The notes under the pieces were generated by a model. That model had not been told where the DNA came from. It made no database searches and saw only the letters and a program-made list of their open reading frames with translations. The position numbers were made by a program, and so were the translations under genes. Below are positions 7,801 to 15,687 of a stretch of 20,000 nt of DNA, one piece after another. Source of the DNA: an uncultured virus (IMG/VR IMGVR_UViG_3300046786_000613) (lineage: Duplodnaviria > Heunggongvirae > Uroviricota > Caudoviricetes); the IMG/VR virus record IMGVR_UViG_3300046786_000613; one strand, given 5' to 3'. Positions within the stretch are counted from its first letter, which is position 1; each line of letters begins with the position of its first letter.

Positions 7801-10622
7801 TTTGCAAATTCAACGATTTTACCATCAATCATTTGGCGTTTTAAAGGTAACACCCATTTATTTGGTCTAATTACCGCTTTATCTTCTTCCTCACGGCTTG
7901 ATTTATCAAATACACGATAAACATACTTCTGCAAAGAAATAAGGTTTGTCCATCCAATGAATTTGTTTCTCTTAACAATTGTCAAGTCAGTTCTGAAGTC
8001 GTCTGAATATTCAATCTTGGCATAAGTATCAAAGAAATCTTTCAAAATACCCATTTCTGCATCGTAAAGCATTTCGTAGTTCAAAAACGAAAGCATAGTG
8101 TAGATTTGTAATGGACTATTTGTGAATGGTGTTGCTGAAAGTAAAATGGTATTACCCATTTTGTTATAAAACTGAACATAACGAGTTAAAAACCAAAGTT
8201 TTTCGGCTCTTGATGAAGCCTCTTTTCCACCCGAAGTTTCACGGATTTTATTGTATGGATTAAATTCACGTTGAATGCGGATTTTACCTGTTTTTTTATC
8301 TGCTTTTCCTGCTTGAATTTTTTTAGGCTCTGAAACTACTTTGGTAAATAAATTGTTGAAGTTATGTGCTTCATCAACTACAATCATATCAAAGTTTGTT
8401 GAATCTGAATTAATTATAATTGGCTCAACAAATTTTTTCTTTTTTTCACCAACTGCACCGCCTTCACCAAAACCTCCTAAATCGTCATCATCAGAAAAGT
8501 CTTCATTATTTGGTTCAATGTTCGCAGGTGGCTCATTATTGTATTCATCTGATAAATCTTCATCAAACTCAATGCTTTCTTCGTTAAATAACCCTTTACT
8601 ATGCGCTTTTACAAATCCTTCAACTATAGGCTCACTACGAACATCACCGCCCATTTCCATAATTGAAACGGCTTCTTCTACCCAAGTGTAGTCAAGGTTT
8701 TCTTTTGAAAATTGAAATGATTCTGTTGCCTCGTATGTACATAGGTTAATTCCATCTACCGCATTGTTTCCAAGTGTGTTGTAAATACCTGCACCATTAT
8801 AAAACATATTCAAACGGCTATTATTTTTTGTAGGGTCAAATTCAGAACCTAACCCACGCAAAATTTCTTGACCAAACTGAAAGTAAACTTGATTTGGAAC
8901 AATAACTAAAGGTCTTTTTGCAGTACCCAAGTCTAATGCTTGTTTCATCGCAAAAATTGAACAGAAAGTTTTTCCTAATCCTACTCCATAAGCCAATCCA
9001 ACACTACCTCTCGTAAGGTAATAGCGTACCGCACGAAGATTAGATTCTTTGAGAACAAAAAGATGTCGGTTATCTAAATACTTTTTGTATGTAAAACCAA
9101 TAGGAACTTCGTCTAAAACAGGTTCAACGTAAGAATTATAAATTGAGTTCCAAATGTATTCTACTTTCAATTGGTCTTCGGGTGTTAAACCTTCAGCCAA
9201 AAATTGTGAAAACAAACGCTCACCAACTTTTCTTGCATCATCTTGAACCCTTGCCCATTTTTCCTCACCATTCTTTTCTTTGGTAAAAGGATTTGAAATA
9301 GGCTTTAAGTAATAATCTTTAAGTTCTGAAATGCCAAGAGTTGTATTTGACCATTGAATACCATATTCAGCAGATTGAATACCTCTACCTGCGTCTTTAC
9401 ACCACAAAATAAAACCTTCGTAAAGGCTAATTACTTTTTTATTGATGAAATTTAATCTTGCACTACCACCTTCTTCTCCAATTAAGTCCTCTACTCGCTC
9501 TCCTTTTTTGAAAGAAGTATAAACTTGGAAATTTTGTTCAATGGTTGCTTTATCTTTTGGTGAAACAATTGAATTGATTTTGATGTCCGATGATAAAGAA
9601 GAAATTGGAAGCAAACTTAAACGCATAGACTTGTCTTCTGAACGAACACTCAATCTATTTTTATTTGTTTGTTGCCAAATTGGCTCAAGTGTTGAAACGT
9701 GAAGGTCATAAATTGATTGACCAAATCGCTTGATTATTTCATCCTTTCTGTTTGTAAGACTTGCCCATTTTTTCCAAATGTTTCCACTCTTATAAATTAC
9801 TTTTGGTTGAAGACGTTCTCCAATTGGTGAGGTTGGGTCAAAAAATAACGCACCTCTTTTCATTAATTCTAAAATGTCAACCGCTTGAGCAGGGTATGAA
9901 GACCCGTATTTTTCAGACCAATCTCCACCAAGTTTTTTTCTGTTTTTATTTTGAAGATAGATGAAGAAGGCTCTTTTATCAAATGAAGAAATTTTGCTAT
10001 TGTAAAGTTCATCAACTTCATCAAATGTCCACATTGCGGATTCAATATCTTCATTCTTTTCTGCGGTTTTAAGTTCTGCCAATGCCAATTTTGATGCCTC
10101 AAGTTTTTCTTGAGCATTTTTTAGTTGGGAATCAGTTAAACTTTCAATATCAACAATAGGTGATGCTACGCTAACTTGAGGGTCATCACCATAAATTTGT
10201 GAATAATCGGGTGCTAACAATTCATCGAAATTCTCAAAATTCGCAAACTCATTTGAGCCTTCATAGTCTTGCAAATCAATTTCTTGTTCATTCAAATATT
10301 TACTACCTGCATCTACTAATTCAAGTCTGAATTTGCTTTCATTTCCTTGTTTCAATGTAATTTTACCATTGTCAACTAAAAAAGCATTGGAAAAATCCCA
10401 AGAGGAATCTGCTCTACTTGATGCAAAAATATTCCATTCATCGTTTTTCTCAACGCCTTGAATTGTTATCGGTGAATCATAGAAATAATAATTGTAACCT
10501 CTATCATCTACCAACCAATCACCTCTTGTTTCATCGTTTGCATTCAAAAAAACAATTGGATAGCCAAGTCCTTCAAAAAACTCTGTTATATACTTTACGT
10601 TGGATTTATCAAATCTTGCCAT
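4848..10622 (-). CDS. DarB-like SNF2/SF2 helicase (1924 aa) with no recognisable methyltransferase domain
   Basis: Motif I GVGLGKT (8967-8987), Ia LVIVPN, Ib TYE, II DEAHNFNNL (DEAH 8364-8375), III LSATPFTNS (LSATP 8127-8141), V EGINLQ, VI QVEGRIWRQGN (6975-7007). DEAHNFxNL and EGRxxRQGN are characteristic of the P1 DarB / conjugative-element helicase clade. Confidence 0.85.
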   Translation of the reverse strand: MARFDKSNVKYITEFFEGLGYPIVFLNANDETRGDWLVDDRGYNYYFYDSPITIQGVEKNDEWNIFASSRADSSWDFSNAFLVDNGKITLKQGNESKFRLELVDAGSKYLNEQEIDLQDYEGSNEFANFENFDELLAPDYSQIYGDDPQVSVASPIVDIESLTDSQLKNAQEKLEASKLALAELKTAEKNEDIESAMWTFDEVDELYNSKISSFDKRAFFIYLQNKNRKKLGGDWSEKYGSSYPAQAVDILELMKRGALFFDPTSPIGERLQPKVIYKSGNIWKKWASLTNRKDEIIKRFGQSIYDLHVSTLEPIWQQTNKNRLSVRSEDKSMRLSLLPISSLSSDIKINSIVSPKDKATIEQNFQVYTSFKKGERVEDLIGEEGGSARLNFINKKVISLYEGFILWCKDAGRGIQSAEYGIQWSNTTLGISELKDYYLKPISNPFTKEKNGEEKWARVQDDARKVGERLFSQFLAEGLTPEDQLKVEYIWNSIYNSYVEPVLDEVPIGFTYKKYLDNRHLFVLKESNLRAVRYYLTRGSVGLAYGVGLGKTFCSIFAMKQALDLGTAKRPLVIVPNQVYFQFGQEILRGLGSEFDPTKNNSRLNMFYNGAGIYNTLGNNAVDGINLCTYEATESFQFSKENLDYTWVEEAVSIMEMGGDVRSEPIVEGFVKAHSKGLFNEESIEFDEDLSDEYNNEPPANIEPNNEDFSDDDDLGGFGEGGAVGEKKKKFVEPIIINSDSTNFDMIVVDEAHNFNNLFTKVVSEPKKIQAGKADKKTGKIRIQREFNPYNKIRETSGGKEASSRAEKLWFLTRYVQFYNKMGNTILLSATPFTNSPLQIYTMLSFLNYEMLYDAEMGILKDFFDTYAKIEYSDDFRTDLTIVKRNKFIGWTNLISLQKYVYRVFDKSSREEEDKAVIRPNKWVLPLKRQMIDGKIVEFAKENFISTTLRMSDIQLELWGKVRMYAQGELTYEELCNEASRNTTSYGKYVEKKPKSTQEGEEGSAEIDIEDADNLADGTKEGEKAKATAKALQCLMWGRQIALNPYLFKCSGFKQEPTGRMYVEQSPKLLYVMECIKAIKQYHANSEESPKMSGQVIYMNFGTKAFELLRDYLVEVVGFELDEIGIIRGDGNYIGKKRYDNKQRVADAFLGRVLNPETGKYTQLEDSKRVKVLIGSESIKEGINLQDYASALYNCFLDFNPTDMVQVEGRIWRQGNAFANVRIVTPLMADCIDIFMFQKLEDKTERINQIWTKNGNTNELDTTAFNPAELKYELLTDPQAIAKLEAEYRIDKIEEEKTKEGEILSSYLAIESIFKKSLEIKYMPLNDNIKEDFRFRMHYVISQIRPDLIDKPLLKQENYANFLNELYNTSESQYLTSRGFPKESMLEGNRNIYSLVSERFFSYFDRNSPYNLVFPNVSNPLWRMQFDKLFNYTPEELIQLMVKVMKEQKIGYPLGYSKNWRELIPAKTIPIVEGDEVEFDTKKGRKKGIAEVVTNSSGNNVLSSFYYHISYQYRNNNEDNRSIEEAVRRLKLSELEKPSFYDVGTDFDDFDEETKKQLAILLKDFYRENPNSIMSVANGNFKENMIPISIDVDELEELNIVNRNIVVVEKTTGEKKKVEPTKYPEPFVYSNKERNENIKDISEYIGTILYPKLESLGIENDYNRYVKYYVTANPSEIVPPQSTDEIYSLPQMLKTTINNFDALRYKTIEFNGLPDSWTALVDNWKNTERGGLFATYYRKFYNIDLPMTLAEFKATEEKKLQPLGINSYQDVENLINTQKTKINTLALEAKQFDDPQVMDELVQEVIRRIEALNSEEIRLGSSISARVSSFSTPNSDYLGNAMLSVFKNSDEEQLEKVQKKVKEQKQAEISPVEVAVEKSDEIQVISPTQRIIDELLELSEFESPREKKKTMRIIEDLRELMEFE

Positions 10623-10624
10623 AA

Positions 10625-10891
10625 TTAATCAGTCAAATAGTTGGGGTTTAACAAATTTTCTTTCATCACCAATGCTTCGGAAATATCCATATTGGTATTG
10701 AAAAATGCTTGAATACAAAAATTCTCAATGTCTTTATATCCTTCTTCAGTTTGTTTGTAAGCACACAAATATGGTGTTGCTTTCATATTGCAATACTCTA
10801 AATTTTCTTTAATGAGCATTTTAATTTCAATCAAGAGCAAATCTTTGCTCATTTTTTTCTCTTCTTTCATAGATTGGTTTTTATCTACCAC
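10625..10891 (-). CDS. hypothetical protein
   Basis: Fills the gap between co-oriented genes; its stop is followed by TT-ATG of the helicase. The true start may be ATG at 10870. Confidence 0.7.
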   Translation of the reverse strand: MVDKNQSMKEEKKMSKDLLLIEIKMLIKENLEYCNMKATPYLCAYKQTEEGYKDIENFCIQAFFNTNMDISEALVMKENLLNPNYLTD

Positions 10892-11163
10892 AATAATTTA
10901 TCTGCATAGTAACCATCGCTACCTTTTACATTTCTATCTTTCGTGTGCCTTATTTTGTAAAGTCTTCTACGCTCATCAGCATATTTTTTTCCTTTGGTCT
11001 TAATGTATGTTGGGTAATCTGCATAACCTAAAGCACCAACTGAAGCAACTTTTTCTCCATTTTTAAACACATCTATTTTCTTTCCTTTAACGGAACTTTT
11101 CTTTACGACTACGCCTAATTTTTTGGCTTGTTCCCTTGTGTATTTTGTAATTGAATAAGCCAT
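10885..11163 (-). CDS. small basic protein, DUF5754-like
   Basis: KKIDVF...VGALGYADY...RRRLYKIRH...GYYADKLLW pattern, recalled as the DUF5754 family of giant viruses, virophages and phages. Confidence 0.7.
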   Translation of the reverse strand: MAYSITKYTREQAKKLGVVVKKSSVKGKKIDVFKNGEKVASVGALGYADYPTYIKTKGKKYADERRRLYKIRHTKDRNVKGSDGYYADKLLW

Positions 11164-11166
11164 TGA

Positions 11167-13035
11167 TTAATATTTAGTCAAAGTGTAAATCAACGTATAA
11201 TTTGCTTCAGATGTAATACCTTCTTTAACCACTAAAAACTTTTTTGAATTGGTAAAAATCATCATTTGATTTTGTGCCATAGAACCTTGATTCACAGATA
11301 TTGAATTTTGGAATTTTTGTAGTTTTTCCATAGTGCTAAACTCACAAACTCCTAAAGCAATTCCTTTCTTTTCAGTTTTATAAAGTAATTGACACAAATT
11401 ATCTGTTAAAGGGTTTGATTGTGGGTAAACGTGAATGATTGCATCCATTCTCTTCATTTCAAATTCATTGTAAAGAAAACGTCTTTTGCCACGATTAACT
11501 ATTTCGGAAATTTCTTTTTCTATTTGAGCAAATTGATTTTTTTCATCAAAACTTACCATAATTGCACTTAAATAATTCGGTGCGTAAGACAAAATGTTTC
11601 CGACTCCAATATTGCTCAAATATAACTTTTCGATTCTGTTTGAAGTATTGTAATATTCAAATAGTAAACCATAAATTTTTTGAATAATTGATGGCGACAA
11701 TTCGTTTGCAATATTGTTCCCTTTAAAAGTAGAAAGTTTATTGCTCAAAGATGAATCAACAGAAAATGTATCATCTATTTTGAGTAAAAGTTTTACAATT
11801 TTTTTATCGTGTTCACCTAAATTCAAAGATTGATATGGCTTAATTGCACCGCCATTTCCGTATTTTTCCTCATCAAAACCTACTATGTTTATGATTTCAT
11901 TAGGAACAAGCATATAAGAACCTGTATTAGCAAATTCCAAAGCAGTTGCCGTTCCATCGTTCAACAAAAAAGTGAACTTGTACACTTTACCTTTTGGAAA
12001 AACCGATTCAGTAAGATACTTACCATCTTTTCTTCTGATAATTCCATTGTAGTCTTCTGTAAATACAATATGTACTATTGCTCTTTGCTCACCTGTGTAG
12101 CCACCTACATTGTATTTTTTATTGCTTTTTCTATGGCTTTTTTGCTTTTGAAAATCTTCAATAGCATCAGATACCTTTTTGCTACTTTCCATTTTATCAA
12201 GTTCGATGTAGTAATTCTCATCTTCATCTAAATGGTCTTCAGCAATAGCCTTTGCAACTTCTTCATCGGAAACTCCTTCTTTCTTGAATTTTTCAATAGT
12301 GTCTTTGTGTTCCAATTCGTGTTCCGTTCCTTTTTTTACTTGGTCTTTTTTCCACATTTGATACCAATCAAAGTCACGAACATCACCGCCACCTTCAAAT
12401 TCTTCTTCTTCATCTAAACGATAAAAGTCAAGTTCAGAGGCATCGTATGTTTTTTCTGTGTCATCTGCGAACTTCAAATGAAATTTACGACCATAGTCTT
12501 TAATTATCAATCCCATTTTGTTTTCACTCTTCACACGAGCGGAATCACCAATTTCTGCTTTTGACCATTCGATATTTCCACCACCTTCGTAACTATCAGA
12601 TAAAAACTCCTTGCGAAAATATCTACGCAATTCATCCATACCTTTTAAACGATTTGAGTATTGAGCATCTTGAGTAGAATACACTCCTTTTTCAAATTCA
12701 ACTACGTTACCATCATCCATCCATTCTTTGAAAGAAGATTCTTGTTCTTCATCAAGAATTTTACCTCCTGTGGCATATTCGTATTTTTTTCCTGTGACAT
12801 TATCACAATCAATTTGAACACCATTTCCGTTTGCTGAATTTATCTCTGATGCGATTTCGCAAGTTGTCATTTTTTTTCCTTGAAACTCGAACTTTTTATC
12901 GGATGCCATATTGCGTTTGTTAATCACGCCTTCGCCTCCTTCTAATTCTACTTTTTGACCTGTAGATTTTACGACCATCGGAATACCGCCTTCTTTATGA
13001 CTTTTTCCTTTAGTTATACCCCCTGTTGCAGACAT
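11167..13035 (-). CDS. modular protein: GxSHxxGGI/ExEGGE domain, SH3-like module, DUF5661-like module, C-terminal degenerate N6-adenine methyltransferase-like fold
   Basis: 622-aa ORF with five [FY]xxGG motifs at module edges. KGTEHELEH...IAEDHLDEDENYYIELDKME matches DUF5661. LYLSNIGVGNILSYAP and MDAIIHVYPQ sit where MTase motifs I and IV would be. Confidence 0.75.
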   Translation of the reverse strand: MSATGGITKGKSHKEGGIPMVVKSTGQKVELEGGEGVINKRNMASDKKFEFQGKKMTTCEIASEINSANGNGVQIDCDNVTGKKYEYATGGKILDEEQESSFKEWMDDGNVVEFEKGVYSTQDAQYSNRLKGMDELRRYFRKEFLSDSYEGGGNIEWSKAEIGDSARVKSENKMGLIIKDYGRKFHLKFADDTEKTYDASELDFYRLDEEEEFEGGGDVRDFDWYQMWKKDQVKKGTEHELEHKDTIEKFKKEGVSDEEVAKAIAEDHLDEDENYYIELDKMESSKKVSDAIEDFQKQKSHRKSNKKYNVGGYTGEQRAIVHIVFTEDYNGIIRRKDGKYLTESVFPKGKVYKFTFLLNDGTATALEFANTGSYMLVPNEIINIVGFDEEKYGNGGAIKPYQSLNLGEHDKKIVKLLLKIDDTFSVDSSLSNKLSTFKGNNIANELSPSIIQKIYGLLFEYYNTSNRIEKLYLSNIGVGNILSYAPNYLSAIMVSFDEKNQFAQIEKEISEIVNRGKRRFLYNEFEMKRMDAIIHVYPQSNPLTDNLCQLLYKTEKKGIALGVCEFSTMEKLQKFQNSISVNQGSMAQNQMMIFTNSKKFLVVKEGITSEANYTLIYTLTKY

Positions 13036-13068
13036 ATATTTTTTATTTCGTTATAACTATGTAATTTA

Positions 13069-13076
13069 CAAATGTA
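13069..13076 (-). promoter_or_regulatory. Bacteroidota-type -7 promoter element (TACATTTG)
   Basis: caaatgta on the + strand about 33 nt upstream of the 13035 ATG and downstream of the 13117-13149 terminator. Confidence 0.55.
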
Positions 13077-13116
13077 TGTAAATATATTGTACAATAAAAC
13101 AAGTGTGTATTAAATG

Positions 13117-13149
13117 AAAAAAGCCACTTGTATTTTAATACAAATGGCT
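13117..13149 (-). terminator. Rho-independent terminator
   Basis: Inverted repeat AGCCAcTTGTATT / AATACAAaTGGCT with a T run after it on the minus strand, downstream of the HTH gene. Confidence 0.7.
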
Positions 13150-13201
13150 CTTAAAAAACACAATGAAATTGGCTACAGAAATTCGTGCTATCAACTCTCT
13201 A

Positions 13202-13447
13202 TTATTTCAGTTGTGTTTGTATAAATTCATCCTTTTCGATTAACTCGTTTGGTGTGACGTTTAATGCTACGCATAATTTCAGTAAAGTGTAAATTTCGTA
13301 ATTTTTTTTCTTACCATTTACAATCATTGAAATTACGTCTTTTCCCAAATAAGAATTACACGAAGATTTTATTTTGTCATAGAGTTCACTTTGACTGATA
13401 TTTCTCTTCTCAAGAATCAATTTTAATTTAGTTGGTTTATCAGACAT
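13202..13447 (-). CDS. Cro/C1 (XRE)-type HTH transcriptional regulator
   Basis: KLKLILEKRNISQSELY...ISMIVNGKKKNYEIYTLLKLCVALNVTPNELI is a classic XRE/HTH_26 pattern. Confidence 0.85.
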   Translation of the reverse strand: MSDKPTKLKLILEKRNISQSELYDKIKSSCNSYLGKDVISMIVNGKKKNYEIYTLLKLCVALNVTPNELIEKDEFIQTQLK

Positions 13448-13452
13448 CGTGT

Positions 13453-13983
13453 TTATGGTTTTAATAGTTCTTCTAACTCATCTTCAGCAATTAAATCAGT
13501 AATCATTACATACGGGTTTGTTTGGTGTTCATACGCAAAGTCATTATATACAAATGCGTATTTTGGTAAACCAATTTCTTTCTGAATAAATGCAATACCA
13601 TTTTCAGTAATACCATACCATCCTCTTTTGTAAATAACTTCAGTTGGTGAAGTTGGCATTTGACAAATTAAATCCCAATACTTTAACTTGTGAAAATTAC
13701 GGGTGATATTTCTGAAAGATTTTAAATACTGAAGAATTACTCTTTTTGGGAAATAATCAGTTTGTTTTACATTTTCAGAATAACGATAGTGTTTATACAT
13801 AAAAACAAGACAAATTGCCATATCCCTTGTAATTTCTTTTCGGGTATATTTTGCATCGTATGGTTTTGGTTGTCTTATGTATTTACCATCTCCCCTGTTA
13901 ATTAATTCTTGTTGAATGTCTTTTAAATCATTAACGTCATTAATTAATGCTCCACCTGCTCCTTGCTCTTGATTGTTACTCAT
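13453..13983 (-). CDS. conserved phage hypothetical protein, possible winged helix
   Basis: NFHKLKYWDLI...GWYGITENGIAF resembles a wHTH end (L...GLI...Y.IT..G..F). Confidence 0.7.
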   Translation of the reverse strand: MSNNQEQGAGGALINDVNDLKDIQQELINRGDGKYIRQPKPYDAKYTRKEITRDMAICLVFMYKHYRYSENVKQTDYFPKRVILQYLKSFRNITRNFHKLKYWDLICQMPTSPTEVIYKRGWYGITENGIAFIQKEIGLPKYAFVYNDFAYEHQTNPYVMITDLIAEDELEELLKP

Positions 13984-14021
13984 AACTATTATTTTTTTTT
14001 GGTTTGAAATTATTTAATGCA

Positions 14022-14051
14022 CAAATATAGTGTTATTTTAAAATATAACAA
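14022..14051 (-). promoter_or_regulatory. Bacteroidota-type promoter (-7 TATATTTG at 14022-14029; -33 TTG at 14049-14051)
   Basis: 19-nt spacing between elements, upstream of the 13983 ATG. Confidence 0.6.
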
Positions 14052-14096
14052 GGAATATATTCTATAATAACATTCGAGTCTGATTCGAGTTTATAT

Positions 14097-14128
14097 AAAA
14101 AAGAAAAGGGCAGTCAAATGACTACCCC
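14097..14128 (-). terminator. Rho-independent terminator
   Basis: Minus strand GGGTAGTCA-TT-TGACTGCCC followed by TTTTCTTTTTT, right after the 14150 stop. Confidence 0.7.
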
Positions 14129-14149
14129 CTCCTTTCTACGGAAACATCT

Positions 14150-14572
14150 TTAAACTTCTAAATCGCCAATCATAGATGAGGCTATTTTGTCTTTGAATTG
14201 TTTGGATGACAAAAATATACCATTTGTTTTGATTCCTGTGTTATTCCAAACCATTTCTTTTGTAAAGTTGTAGCATTCTACTTCTTTGGTTTTTGGATTT
14301 TGTCGTACCAAGAAAGACCCACCATTTGCTATTTCGCATAAATGGATTCGGTTGTATACACGCTCCCAATTTTCAGTTGTTAATTCGGGAATACCAATAG
14401 TGACTCCTAATAGATAAATGAGCATATTGCACTCTGTAGTCATTTCATAGAATTTACCATTCTCTTCAAAGCGAGGTAAGGCAAAGAAACTTCTATCTGA
14501 TTTTTCATACTCCTCACGGCTTATTTCACGATAAGCGTTTACATTTTGTTTTACATCCCAAGTTAATGCCAT
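14150..14572 (-). CDS. hypothetical protein
   Basis: 140-aa ORF in a tightly packed minus-strand operon (TAATTATG junction). Confidence 0.75.
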   Translation of the reverse strand: MALTWDVKQNVNAYREISREEYEKSDRSFFALPRFEENGKFYEMTTECNMLIYLLGVTIGIPELTTENWERVYNRIHLCEIANGGSFLVRQNPKTKEVECYNFTKEMVWNNTGIKTNGIFLSSKQFKDKIASSMIGDLEV

Positions 14573-14574
14573 AA

Positions 14575-14931
14575 TTATTTGTTTTTAATTGTTAGTTCTT
14601 CGCCTGTTAATGCAAAGTATAGGTTTTGAAGTTGGTGTACATATTTAGGTGATTCCTCTAAAATTGTCCAACTATTCCAATAAGTTCTTCCATTTTTACC
14701 ACTTAAAATTGTATCTCCAAAATAAATTGATAACTTATTTTTATTGTATGAAATTTCACCTCCCGAAACTTCAAACCCAAACTTCAACAACCATTCTTCG
14801 GTTAATGGGATAGGATTAAATTCATTTTCTATTCCGTATGATAACAGAGTTAAATGATTTGTATTTACATAAACTATATTCCCTTGTTTATTATAAATCA
14901 AATTACCAATTCTCAATTCACTTGCTTTCAT
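14575..14931 (-). CDS. conserved Bacteroidota-phage hypothetical protein (ELRIGN...PIPLTEEWLLKFGF...YVHQLQNLYFALTGEEL family)
   Basis: Recognisable, widespread family signature in Bacteroidota phages and prophages; function unknown. Confidence 0.85.
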   Translation of the reverse strand: MKASELRIGNLIYNKQGNIVYVNTNHLTLLSYGIENEFNPIPLTEEWLLKFGFEVSGGEISYNKNKLSIYFGDTILSGKNGRTYWNSWTILEESPKYVHQLQNLYFALTGEELTIKNK

Positions 14932-14933
14932 AA

Positions 14934-15356
14934 TTATTGTTCTTTTTGTTGAAAATCATCTAAAGATGCTTCTTTATTCCATTTTGCTATTCTTCCATTC
15001 TCATCAATTTTCAAAATCACATAATCACCAAAAGATTGATTATATAAATCTAAAATTTTCGGAACATAACCTTCTTTTGAAACGATGTCTTTATCATTTT
15101 CATCAAGTAAATAATAATTGCCATCATCACAAACTTTGTAATGTACGTCTGCTATTACTCCTTTTTTCCAATTTAAAATAATTCCTTCTTCAACATCAAT
15201 TACAATTCTCCATCTATCGCCAAATCGACAAGGAATTAAATCACCTAAAGTATCTTCTTTGTAATTTACAAGAGCATCTTCCCAATATCGAACTCCAATA
15301 TCAGCAATTAGAATTTTTACTTCTACTTCTTTAATTATTTTAATTTTTACTTTCAT
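14934..15356 (-). CDS. conserved phage hypothetical protein
   Basis: VRYWEDA.VN...W...ID...G.I.NW..G...VHYKVCDDG.Y.L.D signature; operonic spacing. Confidence 0.8.
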   Translation of the reverse strand: MKVKIKIIKEVEVKILIADIGVRYWEDALVNYKEDTLGDLIPCRFGDRWRIVIDVEEGIILNWKKGVIADVHYKVCDDGNYYLLDENDKDIVSKEGYVPKILDLYNQSFGDYVILKIDENGRIAKWNKEASLDDFQQKEQ

Positions 15357-15357
15357 T

Positions 15358-15687
15358 TTACTTGTTTTTAAATTGTGTTGTTTGCATTAATGTTTCGTAT
15401 TTATATCTGCGGTGTTCTCTTTGGGTAGCATTGTGTTCTTCACCACCTTTGTAGTATTGTTTCCACCCACCGCTTTTTTCTCTGTCTGCGAGGTTTTTTT
15501 CCTTTCTTTCGGGAAATAGTTCAAACTGAATCAATCGCTTGTTTACGTTAAATTGCTTGGCTAAAGAATGTATTGAACGACCCTCCTCGTATAGAACGTG
15601 AATCCTTTCACGCATACAAGGCAGTAGTTTCACCCTCCTATCAAAGAAAGGTGAATCTAACTTCGCTTTTTCGGTTTTAAATGGCAC
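15358..15687 (-). CDS. HTH-containing phage protein
   Basis: IHVLYEEGRSIHSLAKQFNVNKRLIQF HTH pattern; GTG start overlapping the upstream gene. Confidence 0.7.
   Translation of the reverse strand: MPFKTEKAKLDSPFFDRRVKLLPCMRERIHVLYEEGRSIHSLAKQFNVNKRLIQFELFPERKEKNLADREKSGGWKQYYKGGEEHNATQREHRRYKYETLMQTTQFKNK

Noticed and set aside
4848..10622. Intein or active methyltransferase within the 1924-aa helicase
   Set aside because: No C...HN-[CST] splice junctions, LAGLIDADG motifs or NPP[YF] motif found by eye.
10620..14936. Recurrent TAATTATG stop-start junction (10620, 14570, 14929)
   Set aside because: Ordinary translational coupling context in AT-rich Bacteroidota phages.
15442..15456. YYKGG in the 109-aa HTH protein as another motif copy
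   Set aside because: Followed by EE rather than x-[VIM] and not at a domain boundary; probably chance. Recorded as the one partial match in the accessory block.
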